The notes under the pieces: model-generated
Database searches by the model: none
Seen by the model: only the letters and a program-made list of their open reading frames with translations
Told to the model about the DNA's origin: nothing
Shown: one piece after another, positions 16,081 through 25,757 of the stretch
Position numbering within the stretch: the first letter of the stretch is position 1
Layout of the letters: each line of letters starts with the position of its first letter
NCBI RefSeq assembly: GCF_000020025.1
Contig: NC_010628.1
Span: 5,820,001-5,852,000, forward strand
Reading direction: 5' to 3'
From: Nostoc punctiforme PCC 73102
GTDB lineage: Bacteria > Cyanobacteriota > Cyanobacteriia > Cyanobacteriales > Nostocaceae
Length of the DNA stretch: 32,000 nucleotides
Position numbers and translations under genes: made by a program

Positions 16081-16461
16081 TCAGCGCGTATAAGGTTGTG
16101 CTGTAGTAAGGTCAGGTATAACCCTATAATGCTTAATATTGAAAGTACATAGCGTAGCTCCTCTGCCAACAGCGCAAGCGGCAATCAAAGCATCAAGTAA
16201 GCCTAAATTATCTGATAGGTGATAGCTGGTGAAATTTGATAGAGCAAGCGCACAGTCAGTTTCAGTAGGCCAAATCACGGGTAGGGGAGCAACGAGCTTG
16301 AGAGTATTGCGGACTCGTTGAGTATTTTGAGCATTTTGGATGAGTTCCATAACAACCAAGCCAGGAATGCTCGGTACTTCTGGAAGGCTGGCAAACCAAG
16401 CAATTGCAGGAGTGTGACCGCGCTGAATGTCAATCAGAATGTCTGTATCCAATAAATACAT
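16081..16461 (-). CDS. vapC: PIN-domain toxin VapC
   Basis: 126 aa. The N-terminus MYLLDTDILIDIQRG is a typical PIN start. It lies 9 nt downstream of a small antitoxin-like ORF. Confidence 0.85.
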   Translation of the reverse strand: MYLLDTDILIDIQRGHTPAIAWFASLPEVPSIPGLVVMELIQNAQNTQRVRNTLKLVAPLPVIWPTETDCALALSNFTSYHLSDNLGLLDALIAACAVGRGATLCTFNIKHYRVIPDLTTAQPYTR

Positions 16462-16470
16462 TAAATTTAC

Positions 16471-16731
16471 CTATGATCGCTCCCGTGTTTCAGCCTGATG
16501 GCGCAACTCACGAGCATAGGCTTGACTATCAGTGATATCCGGGCGTGAATTGATTACACCTTCGTTTTGCCAGTATGTAACAAGTTCTGCCCCAGTTTTG
16601 GGTAAATTATCTACAGATTTTCTTGTAAATAAAATACGTAAAATATATTCTGATAAGGGTAAATTGAGTTGAGAGGCTTCAGTGTAAAGTTCGTTTTCTA
16701 GTTCTGCTGGCAGGTTAAGGTTAATACTCAT
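16471..16731 (-). CDS. vapB: VapB-type antitoxin (putative)
   Basis: 86 aa, directly upstream of the PIN gene. LPAELENELYTEASQLNLPLSEYILRIL looks like an RHH-type DNA-binding N-terminus. Confidence 0.65.
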   Translation of the reverse strand: MSINLNLPAELENELYTEASQLNLPLSEYILRILFTRKSVDNLPKTGAELVTYWQNEGVINSRPDITDSQAYARELRHQAETRERS

Positions 16732-16949
16732 CTCGCTCTTTGTGTCTAGTTTTGATTCTAAATTTATGGTAGATTAACCGAGATAAGGGTTGGCTGTGAT
16801 TGTTTCAGAATTGCGCTCGCTTATTACTAGATATTGTCGATATACTGATAACCTTTCACCTCCCCCAATAATGGCATAGATTACCTCCTACGAATAAACA
16901 TTTATAAACAGCGGAAAATATCAATTATATCATCTTTTCCAGTGATTTA

Positions 16950-17894
16950 TTAGCCTTCTAAAGGGAGCTTACCCCATTGGTATAGTTCTTTTATAGAAGT
17001 TATTCTAAGTGCATTACAAAATTTGATTTGATACTTTGGCTGAACGAAGTTATATGGAGCTGAATATATCTCTACTATTTCTACATCTTCAGAGTCTAAT
17101 GGATTCTGTAAATTTCCTTCAATTAGCTTTTGAAAAATGCCATTGTCTAGGGATAATACGAGTACACCAATATTGTAAAGTTCGGCATAATATCGAATAT
17201 CTTGAGGTATTTTAGATATAGCCTCTTCTGGATGAGCAAATGCAAAATATGATCGATTTGCAAATCTTCGATGTGAGACAGCCTCAAAAATCCATTGTTC
17301 CCAATTTTCTAACGAAGTTTTTGCCTCTATTGTGACTATTTCTAATGAAAGTCCATTAAAGTTATCCATAGCATTAATACCAGCCAAATCTGGATTTCCC
17401 CATTTCCCCAAAGCTCGACTAGACGATACGTCAGAAGATTGGTATCCTTGAGCTATAAGCCAACTTTCTAATACGCTATATAAAAGAGATTCTTTCTGTC
17501 TTCTTATTGCTCGCGTTTCTTCAGAATTAGTTGATGTATCTGGTGAGAATTCAGCTAGCTCTTCTACTGTTTTTGCAGTGGATGATAAGTAATAACCCTT
17601 TTTCTTCCCAAGACAGTTAATAAGGCTTTCTGTATCCTTGACAGTATTTGAAAGATATTGCAAAAAAGTATTCTTTGCAAATGTTTGAAATTGCTCTGGA
17701 AATTCTTCTTTAGCCTTGTTAAATAAGTCATTACTGGGTAACGTATTAGTACTATCCAGCTTTTTGTTAATGTTCAATATGTACTCACAAGCAACCTTAA
17801 CTTTTTGATATGCTGTTAGCTGAGATAAGTCCGGCTTTTCTATAATTTCTTCTGTGTTATTTATTTGTTGTATGTCTGTATATTCGTTATTCAT
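16950..17894 (-). CDS. Putative Mrr-like nuclease: N-terminal wHTH-like domain plus C-terminal PD-(D/E)xK motif
   Basis: 314 aa. The candidate catalytic triad context is LESWLIAQG (E), GNPDLAGI (PD) and LEIVTIEAKT (ExK). GKKKGYYLSS resembles a winged-helix wing. The gene is visibly AT-rich (one 60-nt line counted at about 32% GC). Confidence 0.45.
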   Translation of the reverse strand: MNNEYTDIQQINNTEEIIEKPDLSQLTAYQKVKVACEYILNINKKLDSTNTLPSNDLFNKAKEEFPEQFQTFAKNTFLQYLSNTVKDTESLINCLGKKKGYYLSSTAKTVEELAEFSPDTSTNSEETRAIRRQKESLLYSVLESWLIAQGYQSSDVSSSRALGKWGNPDLAGINAMDNFNGLSLEIVTIEAKTSLENWEQWIFEAVSHRRFANRSYFAFAHPEEAISKIPQDIRYYAELYNIGVLVLSLDNGIFQKLIEGNLQNPLDSEDVEIVEIYSAPYNFVQPKYQIKFCNALRITSIKELYQWGKLPLEG

Positions 17895-18017
17895 CTTATT
17901 GGTATTTTCTGCTAATATTATTAATTCAAATTAAGTTTTAATGAATAATTTTATCCTTAATGTATTAAAAATTATCCAGCTTGAATCATTAAATCTCAAA
18001 CTTATGCTTATTTTTAC

Positions 18018-19301
18018 TCAATCCATTCTACCATGATGCTCAGTTTTAACCCAGTGCGATCGCTCTTTTTGCACACACATCTTTAAAGTCGTCACAATCA
18101 TCACAGGAATCCAATGCACCATGTAGAATGATCCTTGAATTGTTGCCCAAAGCAAAGACCATCCTCGTAAATTTTGAAATTGGTAAAGTCCAGCAATAAA
18201 GGCAATTGTCAAAATGATGCTGAGTAGTGTTTGCAGTGGAAATAGAACTGGATGATGACTATAAAATATTGTCCAAAGTAAATCGGGTATTAGTCCAATT
18301 GGTAGAAGAAATTGTAATAAAAAAAACAATAGTAAATCAATTTCTTTCGCCCAACCTAAAGTAAGAATTTGCGGGAAATAATCTAGGTAACGCTGATAGC
18401 CACCTTCAGCCCAACGACAACGTTGATGCCAAAGTTTCTCCCAACTAGTTACACTTTCTTCCTGAATTGATGGAACTGTAACAAACTCAATTTCTGCACC
18501 TGCTAAATAGAGTTTGAAGCAAAGATCCAAATCATCGGTGACAGTGTTCTCATTCCAACCTTGACACTTTTCTAACAATTCCCGACGAACTAACATCCCA
18601 TTACCGCGCAGTTCAGACATACCACCAATAGCAATGCGATGGGTTTGCAGAAAGCTATCACAGCACATTTCCATCTGCTGGCAACGGGTTAAGAAATTGG
18701 TATTAGCATTAGAAATCGTTTTTCGCACTTGCACTGCACCGATCGCTTGCTTCTGAAACAAAGGTACTGTTTGCTGGAGAAAATTGACAGGTAATTGAGC
18801 ATCTGCATCGCAGACTAGAATAATCTCCCCTTGGGTAAAGGGAAACACCGCATTCAACGCCCCTGATTTACCACCTTTTGATTCCCGTCGATGAACTTGC
18901 AAAGATGGAAATTGAGTTTGTAATTCCCTCAATATCTCTGGGGTTTCATCGGTGCTACCATCATCAACAATCCAGATATCTAGGGAATTGCTGGGATAAT
19001 TCAATTGGTATAGACTGTCAACTAGATTAGCCAAGACTGAACTTTCATTTTTAGCTGGAACTAAAATCAAGACTGGCGGTAAATAAATCTTACTCTCCAT
19101 CACCGCTGCATCTGGTTTTGCTACCAGCATCCGTAATGTTTGCACAGTCAGGATTGCCGTTAATCCCAGCATCAACCATTGTGTTTCTGGTAGCCAGTGC
19201 AGCAAACTCACGCCACCCCAAACTAATAAAACTACTATGGTTGCTTTGAGACGACGATGAAAGCCAATATTTTTATTGGACTGATAGGTGCTTCTTCCCA
19301 C
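18018..19301 (-). CDS. Family 2 glycosyltransferase, membrane-embedded (processive type)
   Basis: 427 aa. The motifs are VDDGSTDET, CDADA and QRCRWAEG (QxxRW), with flanking TM helices. The start is GTG and is uncertain. Confidence 0.85.
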   Translation of the reverse strand: MGRSTYQSNKNIGFHRRLKATIVVLLVWGGVSLLHWLPETQWLMLGLTAILTVQTLRMLVAKPDAAVMESKIYLPPVLILVPAKNESSVLANLVDSLYQLNYPSNSLDIWIVDDGSTDETPEILRELQTQFPSLQVHRRESKGGKSGALNAVFPFTQGEIILVCDADAQLPVNFLQQTVPLFQKQAIGAVQVRKTISNANTNFLTRCQQMEMCCDSFLQTHRIAIGGMSELRGNGMLVRRELLEKCQGWNENTVTDDLDLCFKLYLAGAEIEFVTVPSIQEESVTSWEKLWHQRCRWAEGGYQRYLDYFPQILTLGWAKEIDLLLFFLLQFLLPIGLIPDLLWTIFYSHHPVLFPLQTLLSIILTIAFIAGLYQFQNLRGWSLLWATIQGSFYMVHWIPVMIVTTLKMCVQKERSHWVKTEHHGRMD

Positions 19302-19309
19302 TTTATTTG

Positions 19310-19948
19310 CTATATCCTTTCGGTTCGTGGCTTAGTTCTGCGACGTAATAGTAACATCGTCACTGCTCCCAGAACGAAACCGCCTACACCTGCTGCAACT
19401 GCTAGAATTCGTCCCAATTGTTGAGCAGCATTTAGCACTGGGTTATTCAGCAGATTTGAGGAAAAATGCAGCGATTGAATCGTCCATTTATCTTGGAGTT
19501 TTTGCAGCACTGCTGTCCATCGCAACGCCATATCAGCTGCTTTGCCATCTTTGAAAGAGAAAGATGCGATCGCTTCTCCAGAGGCAACATCTATATCTGG
19601 AGTAAGAAATGTTCTGAGAGTATCTCCCTTCAGTTGCATTTTGATATCTTTGATGGAACTGGAAAACTGCTGATTCCAGTACTTTTCAAACTCAGGAACT
19701 TCATGAAAAATCTGGTTATCAACTGTTGTAATTGTGAAGTTTGGGTGCAAGTAAGGTTGTATTTTGGTAAAATCGCGAGTGTTTATGGCTTGCAGGGCAA
19801 TGTCCCGCGTGCGAATAATTGCATTTATCTCCTGTGGGTTGACATCTGCCAGAGCGTATTGAGGTAGATTCCAAATTACCAGCACTAACAAAACACTCCA
19901 AAGTAGCTGAGTGTATTTGTATATACTTGCCTGTCTCTGTTTCATCAT
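19310..19948 (-). CDS. Secreted/anchored NTF2-like (SnoaL/DUF4440-type) protein
   Basis: 212 aa. It has a signal-peptide-like N-terminus (LLWSVLLVLVIWNLPQYALA) and a C-terminal hydrophobic helix with a basic tail (GGFVLGAVTMLLLRRRTKPR). The fold call is weak. It lies 8 nt upstream of the GT2 gene. Confidence 0.45.
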   Translation of the reverse strand: MMKQRQASIYKYTQLLWSVLLVLVIWNLPQYALADVNPQEINAIIRTRDIALQAINTRDFTKIQPYLHPNFTITTVDNQIFHEVPEFEKYWNQQFSSSIKDIKMQLKGDTLRTFLTPDIDVASGEAIASFSFKDGKAADMALRWTAVLQKLQDKWTIQSLHFSSNLLNNPVLNAAQQLGRILAVAAGVGGFVLGAVTMLLLRRRTKPRTERI

Positions 19949-20278
19949 CTAAAAAACCTGTAGATTGAGTGACACATACCGAGAATTTTTTAATATTACT
20001 ATTCACATTTAGCACTTCTTTTGGTTGGACATAAAGAAATACAAAAAGAAGTGCCGATCGAGTCAATCAGTTTTCTCCAACCCTGATTTTAGGTTAGGTA
20101 TTTTCATTAATCTATAATTGTTGACAATCAGCCTGTATAAAAGCCGGGTTGTTTGAGAACTTACCGTGAAAAATCAGATATATTAACCAGTTGGAGATGT
20201 CTGCTGAATAACTACATTAGTTCCTTCAAATAGTAAGTAGGTTTTAACGGAGTTTACTTTATACTTCAAATGATCATT

Positions 20279-20312
20279 GTGAAGTGCGATCGCTTTCCTG
20301 ATCGCACTTCAC
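20279..20312 (-). terminator. Perfect 13-bp hairpin downstream of glgX (terminator candidate)
   Basis: The sequence is GTGAAGTGCGATC-gctttcct-GATCGCACTTCAC, 58 nt 3' of the glgX stop. No adjacent U-tract follows on the minus strand, so the function is uncertain. A HIP1 site is embedded in it. Confidence 0.3.
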
Positions 20313-20370
20313 CCTATATCACTCAATTTTTTATTTTGTCATAGGCGCGATCGCTTCTATGATTTTTGTC

Positions 20371-22500
20371 TTATGAAGCAAGACGACGTAACACTATGAG
20401 AGAGCGATCTGTAACTGGCACAGTTTGCTCACCCATAACCAACTTTCCTGGGCTAAGGAAGCGAGGTTCGTTGGTGTCAATAACTATTTCCCATTCCCTA
20501 TCCTGGAAAACATTGGGTAAAGCAAACTCAATCGTTTCGTAGTGAGCATTAAAAAATAGCAAAAAGCTTTCATCAATAATCCGTTCACCACGGCGGCCAG
20601 GAGTAACAATGCCTTCGCCATTCAAGAAAATTTCCATAGCTTTGGCATAACTAACTAGCCACTGCTTTTCAGTCATTTCGCTGCCATCGTCATTAAACCA
20701 ACCAATATCACTGATCCCAAAACCGTGAATAGGACGGCCTTGAAACCACTTACGCCGCCGAAATACTGGATGCTGATGACGAAAATAAATCAGTTCGCGG
20801 GCAAAATCTAGTAGTTCGGAATTAGACTTTTGTAAACTCCAATCACGCCAGGCAATTTCATTATCTTGGCAGTATACATTGTTGTTACCCTTCTGAGTGC
20901 AACCAATTTCATCTCCTCCTAATAGCATAGGTATGCCTTGAGACAGCATTAGAGTTGCTAAAAAGTTGCGTCGCTGACGTTGCCGTAAGCGGATTACATC
21001 TGGGTCATTAGTTTCTCCTTCTACACCACAATTCCAAGAGCGGTTATGGCTTTCCCCATCCCGGCTATCTTCGCCGTTGTCCTGATTATGTTTTTCGTTA
21101 TAGCTGACCAAATCATTGAGCGTGAAGCCATCATGAGCAGTGATGAAATTAATACTGGCACTGGGATTACGCCCGTTTGCTTGGTAAAGGTCAGGGCTAC
21201 CAGTAAAACAGTAAGCAAATTGTCCGAGGCTATCATCCTCACCACGCCAAAAATCCCTTACAGTATCACGATATCTGCCATTCCATTCAGACCAACGTAA
21301 AGGAAAATTGCCAACTTGATAACCACCTTCTCCTAAATCCCAAGGTTCAGCAATTAGCTTTACATCTGCCAGAACTGGATCTTGATGAATAATATCAAAA
21401 AAAGCTGCGAGACTATCTACTTCATATAGTTCTCGCGCTAATGCCGAAGCTAAATCAAACCGAAAGCCATCAATATGCATTTCTGTTACCCAATAGCGCA
21501 GGCTATCCATGATTAACTTCAGAACTTGGGCATGACGCACATTTAGAGAGTTGCCGCAGCCTGTGAAGTCCATGTAGTAGCGAGAATTATCTTTGACCAA
21601 GCGATAGTACACAGCATTATCGATGCCTCGTAGCGATAATGTTGGCCCTAAATGATTGCCTTCGCCAGTGTGGTTATAAACTACATCTAAAATTACTTCA
21701 ATGCCAGCAGAGTGTAAGTCCTTGACCATCTGCTTAAACTCGGTCACTTGTTGTCCGACTGAGCCATTAGCACTGTAACCAGAATAGGGGGTGAAATAAT
21801 TAATGGAATCGTAACCCCAATAGTTTTTCAGTCCTTTATTTACCAGAAATCCTGGAGAAGATAAAAAGTGATGCACAGGCATCAATTCCACAGATGTGAT
21901 TCCTAGTTGTTGTAGATATTGAATAGCAACTGGATGTGCCAGCCCTGCATAGGTACCACGTAATTCTTCTGGAATTTCTGGGTGTAATTTAGTAAAACCT
22001 CTAACGTGAGTTTCATAAATAATAGTTTCGTGCCACGGTATAGAAAGTAGTTTGTCATCTCCCCAATCAAAAGACTGATCGACAACAATACACTTCGGCA
22101 TAATTTCGGCATTATCTAAATCGGAAAAAGCTAGGTCTTGCTCTGGCGCATCTAAAGAGTAGCCAAAAATAGCTGCGGTATCGCTAATTTCCCCATCAAT
22201 TGCCTTGGCATAGGGATCAATTAATAGTTTATTAGGGTTAAAGCGATGACCAAGTTCTGGGGCCCAAGGGCCATGTACTCTAAATCCATAGCGTTGCCCA
22301 GGACCTACTCCTGGTAGATAAGCGTGCCAAACAAAATTATTTTTTTCTGTTAAAGGCAAGCGAATTTCATGATTATCAGCATCAAATAAACAAAGTTCTA
22401 CACCTGTTGCATTTTCCGAAAACAAAGCAAAATTTGTACCTTTTCCATCCCAATTAGCACCCAAGGGATATACATTCCCAGGCCATACAGCTACATACAT
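20371..22500 (-). CDS. glgX: Glycogen debranching enzyme GlgX
   Basis: 709 aa. The N-terminus VWPGNVYPLGANWDGKGTNFALFSENA and the GH13 catalytic regions (DVVYNHT, GFRFDLA, EPWD, FITAHDGFTLNDL) are characteristic. Confidence 0.9.
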   Translation of the reverse strand: MYVAVWPGNVYPLGANWDGKGTNFALFSENATGVELCLFDADNHEIRLPLTEKNNFVWHAYLPGVGPGQRYGFRVHGPWAPELGHRFNPNKLLIDPYAKAIDGEISDTAAIFGYSLDAPEQDLAFSDLDNAEIMPKCIVVDQSFDWGDDKLLSIPWHETIIYETHVRGFTKLHPEIPEELRGTYAGLAHPVAIQYLQQLGITSVELMPVHHFLSSPGFLVNKGLKNYWGYDSINYFTPYSGYSANGSVGQQVTEFKQMVKDLHSAGIEVILDVVYNHTGEGNHLGPTLSLRGIDNAVYYRLVKDNSRYYMDFTGCGNSLNVRHAQVLKLIMDSLRYWVTEMHIDGFRFDLASALARELYEVDSLAAFFDIIHQDPVLADVKLIAEPWDLGEGGYQVGNFPLRWSEWNGRYRDTVRDFWRGEDDSLGQFAYCFTGSPDLYQANGRNPSASINFITAHDGFTLNDLVSYNEKHNQDNGEDSRDGESHNRSWNCGVEGETNDPDVIRLRQRQRRNFLATLMLSQGIPMLLGGDEIGCTQKGNNNVYCQDNEIAWRDWSLQKSNSELLDFARELIYFRHQHPVFRRRKWFQGRPIHGFGISDIGWFNDDGSEMTEKQWLVSYAKAMEIFLNGEGIVTPGRRGERIIDESFLLFFNAHYETIEFALPNVFQDREWEIVIDTNEPRFLSPGKLVMGEQTVPVTDRSLIVLRRLAS

Positions 22501-23396
22501 AAGCGAATTACCAAGAACTAATTTTACTGTTAATAAAAAATTTGAAGATATGTTTAATAGTAATTAATGCAAGTTAGTTTTAAGGCTAAGGCTAATAAGT
22601 TTAAATTAACGAAAAATTACTATCTTATTGCAATTCCTATCCTGAAAAAATCTTAAAACTTGATGATAGCAAGGATCGCTTTACATTTGAAAATGGAATT
22701 TATCATCGTTAATTGATAATATTGGGAACATCCTTGTTACTTTTTAATTCATAAATATGCTAACAAGTTTCTCTGCAAATTTTTTCAGCTTCATAAATTT
22801 ACGAAAAATAGCAAATACCGACATCTATCCAAATGAATAAAATTATTTATATCAGCGTGTAGATTTACTTAAAATATCTTTTATGAGACCATCATATAGA
22901 TTTTGGCATTTACTTATTGTTGTAATATTTATATCTGATAGCAAGCATCATCTTGAGTGATAGAATTACCCAATAAATATGGGTTTCCTTTAGCCAATGC
23001 GTTGTTGTGGAAGAAATAAATTTACTATTTACTAAGTGTATTGATGTATCTTTGGCAACAAAAAATGCAGATAAAAGTGAAATTACGGGATAAGAGCAAG
23101 AATACGTTGAATTTTAAAAAGAAATATCACCTTACCATTTATGCCATCCGGTATATGTGCGCCAACCGCAGTAGCGATTAACTTAAATATTAGGAAAATG
23201 CGCGAATTGGCTGGGTTTAAGCTAAAGGGAATTAATAAAAGCCCTTTGGCTTACTTTTTGAGCAATGGTATTTACGTAAATTCTCACTGCCTACGTTTTT
23301 CAGCCTTGGGAGTTTTTAACAAGCTCACTAAGCTTTTATGCTGCCGTGTTCAGGCAAAATCTCTAGTAGAAATCAACCTGTATTAGGAAGTGGGCG

Positions 23397-24920
23397 ATGC
23401 ACATTGGATTTCTCAACCCTCAAGGCAATTTTGATTCAAACAATAGTCACATAACCAAACACCCAGATTTTGGGGGTCAACTGATTTACGTTAAGCAAGT
23501 CGCCATAGCTATAGCCGAAAAGGGACACAAAGTTGATATTCTCACCCGTCAAATTATTGACCCGGAATGGCCAGAATTTGCCCAGGCGTTTGACACTTAT
23601 CCAGGAATCGATAACGTCCGCATTATCCGCTTGCCAGCTGGGCCAAAAGAATTTCTTCCCAAAGAGTCGTTATGGACTCATCTGATTAGTGATTGGGTAC
23701 CCAACATCTTGAAATTCTATCAACAACAAGGTGGCTTACCCGATGCTATGACTGCTCACTATGCCGATGGAGGGCTGTGTGGCGTTCTAATTGAACAGGA
23801 TACAGGCATACCTTTTACCTTTACTGCTCATTCTCTTGGTGCCCAAAAGATGGACAAGCTGGAAGTCACTTCCGAGAACTTGTTAGAAATAGATGAGCAA
23901 TTCCATTTTAAATATCGCATCCTAGCCGAACGCTTGAGCATGAATCGCTCGGTCGTTAATATCACCAGTACACGACAAGAACGCTTTCAACAGTATTCTC
24001 ATCGAGTCTATCGGAGTGCAGTAGATGTAGACAACGACAACCGCTTTGCGGTGATTCCACCAGGAGCAGATTTCTCGATTTTCGGTGCAAAGGCACGTTC
24101 CGAAAATGAGAAAGCAACTGAAGAGTTCATTCAGGAGCGATTGGCACGGGACATTGAAGAGGCACGTCGAGATTTGCCTGTCATCGTAGCATCCAGTCGA
24201 TTAGAGCTTAAAAAAAACATATTAGGGCTAGTGCAAGCCTTCGCAATTAGTCCAACACTTCAGGAACGAGCTAACTTGATGTTACTTACAGGGGGACTGG
24301 ACAATCCCTTACGAGAAGAGGCTAGTGATAGCATAGCTGAAGAGGTATTAGCCCCCATTCGAGAGGTGGTCAAGGAAAACGACTTGTGGGGCAAGATTAG
24401 TGCATTTGGCTTGTTAGATCAGTCTCAAGAGTCACTGGCAGCAGCCTATCGGTTTATGGTTAAACGCCGCTCGGTATTTGCGCTGACAGCACTTTACGAA
24501 CCCTTTGGACTTGCTCCCTTAGAAGCAGCAGTTGCAGGTTTACCAGTGGTAGCAACCAAGAACGGTGGTCCTAGCGAAAGCTTGCGACAGGGAAATAAGG
24601 AATATGGCATACTCGTAGACCCAGAAGATCCTGCTGATATTGCACGAGGCTTGGAGCGGGTGCTATGTGATGCTCAAGAGTGGGACTATTTTGCCCAAGC
24701 TGGTCAGCAACGGGTTCTGAAAACGTACAGTTGGGAATCTACTGCTGAAAACTACCTGACTTTGCTTGAGCAAATTCTGTCTTTACCGGAAACCCGCCCT
24801 CGCGCCGAACTTCTACCCATCCATCCCTACTTTCGTAATCCAGAATCGCAGACCGATATTTCTTTGGAAGAATTAAGCGACCTCTACTTTGGATCTAACC
24901 AAAAGGTACTCAGTACATGA
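23397..24920 (+). CDS. Sucrose-phosphate synthase family GT4 glycosyltransferase
   Basis: 507 aa. GGQLIYVKQVA, IIRLPAGPKEFLPKESLW, HYADGGL, HSLGAQK and EPFGLAPLEA are collinear with conserved blocks of the SPS / sucrose-synthase glucosyltransferase domain. SD AGGAAG lies upstream of the ATG. Confidence 0.75.
   Translation: MHIGFLNPQGNFDSNNSHITKHPDFGGQLIYVKQVAIAIAEKGHKVDILTRQIIDPEWPEFAQAFDTYPGIDNVRIIRLPAGPKEFLPKESLWTHLISDWVPNILKFYQQQGGLPDAMTAHYADGGLCGVLIEQDTGIPFTFTAHSLGAQKMDKLEVTSENLLEIDEQFHFKYRILAERLSMNRSVVNITSTRQERFQQYSHRVYRSAVDVDNDNRFAVIPPGADFSIFGAKARSENEKATEEFIQERLARDIEEARRDLPVIVASSRLELKKNILGLVQAFAISPTLQERANLMLLTGGLDNPLREEASDSIAEEVLAPIREVVKENDLWGKISAFGLLDQSQESLAAAYRFMVKRRSVFALTALYEPFGLAPLEAAVAGLPVVATKNGGPSESLRQGNKEYGILVDPEDPADIARGLERVLCDAQEWDYFAQAGQQRVLKTYSWESTAENYLTLLEQILSLPETRPRAELLPIHPYFRNPESQTDISLEELSDLYFGSNQKVLST
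24834..24857 (+). repeat. Direct repeat, left copy (inside the 3' end of the sps-like CDS)
   Basis: CGTAATCCAGAATCGCAGACCGAT recurs at 29296-29320 as CGTTAATCCAGAATCGCAGACTGAT, with one indel and one substitution. Confidence 0.8.
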
Positions 24921-24922
24921 AT

Positions 24923-25441
24923 CTATCCCACTAATAATATTCTTTGAATCCAGATATGTATAGTAGCCAGGTCAATAAATGCATCAAAATATACCTTTCG
25001 TCGCTCCCAGCGTACAACTAAACGACGATATTTCCTTTGATACCAAGCAAAACAACGCTCTTGCTGGAATCTTGGTGCAGAAATTTTGATAGATCTGCCT
25101 TTGTTTTTCTTTGTTTTCCAGTTTCTTTTTGGTATTTGGGGTCGAATGCCCCGTTTACGTAACTTAGTACGTTGTTCTTTAGAGTCGTAGCCTTTATCGG
25201 CAGCTAGTACCTTGAGTCGTTTGCGTGGTCTACCGCGCTTTAAAGTTTTTAATTTTACTTTATCTAATAGGGGTAGTACTTGTTCCCTCTCGTTCCCGTT
25301 GGCTTGGGTTGTAGAGTTAGAAAGTGGCATTCCATTCCCCTCAGTAAGTGTGTGTATTAATATACCTTTTCCTTTGCCACCATAGGCAACTTCTTCACCT
25401 CCACCTTTCCCAGGGGGAAAAAGACCCATCAACCGCTCCAA
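24923..25441 (-). CDS. IS5-family transposase orfB (catalytic part), +1 frame relative to orfA
   Basis: The orfB frame reads GKGGGEEVAYGGKGKG...LAADKGYDS...QERCFAWYQRKYRRLVVRWERR. The listed TTG start is probably not used, so expression would need a frameshift or the copy is defective. The stop codon lies in the terminal IR. Confidence 0.7.
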   Translation of the reverse strand: MERLMGLFPPGKGGGEEVAYGGKGKGILIHTLTEGNGMPLSNSTTQANGNEREQVLPLLDKVKLKTLKRGRPRKRLKVLAADKGYDSKEQRTKLRKRGIRPQIPKRNWKTKKNKGRSIKISAPRFQQERCFAWYQRKYRRLVVRWERRKVYFDAFIDLATIHIWIQRILLVG

Positions 25442-25757
25442 ACTGCCAGTTGATGAGTCCTTTCTCCGAAGCGATCGCTAATATACGTGCTTGTAAATGT
25501 TCAAATGTTCCATCTGTACGCCACCGTTTTAACCATCGATGAGACGAGCTTTTGGATGCCCATATATCTCCCTTTGGTAAATCACACCATCGACACCCAG
25601 TAATTAGAATATACAACAAACTATTTAGTACATGACGATACGGAGCATGAGGCATTCCTTTTCCACGCTTAGATGGCTCTTGAGGAAATACATCATCAAA
25701 GAGCTTCCATTCCAGGTCAGTTAATCCTTCAAAACGCCCAGCCATCAATCGATACAC
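25395..25757 (-). CDS. IS5-family transposase orfA (N-terminal DNA-binding part)
   Basis: 120 aa. LTDLEWKLFDDVFP...YRHVLNSLLYILITGCRWCDLP...WLKRWRTDGTF is a typical IS5/IS427 N-terminus. It ends just after DGSFSP, inside a T5C5 run. Confidence 0.8.
   Translation of the reverse strand: MYRLMAGRFEGLTDLEWKLFDDVFPQEPSKRGKGMPHAPYRHVLNSLLYILITGCRWCDLPKGDIWASKSSSHRWLKRWRTDGTFEHLQARILAIASEKGLINWQFGAVDGSFSPWERWR

Noticed and set aside
19466-20066. ORFs 19466..19867 (+) and 19719..20066 (-)
   Set aside because: They overlap the SnoaL-like gene, which has signal-peptide and TM features and is coupled to the GT2 gene. The alternatives are Cys/Arg-rich translations typical of wrong-frame reading.
23141-23386. 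81-aa ORF in the glgX/sps intergenic region
   Set aside because: It has no ribosome-binding site and no recognisable motif, and its composition matches the surrounding AT-rich non-coding DNA. It probably arises by chance, and I kept it only as part of the intergenic-region finding.
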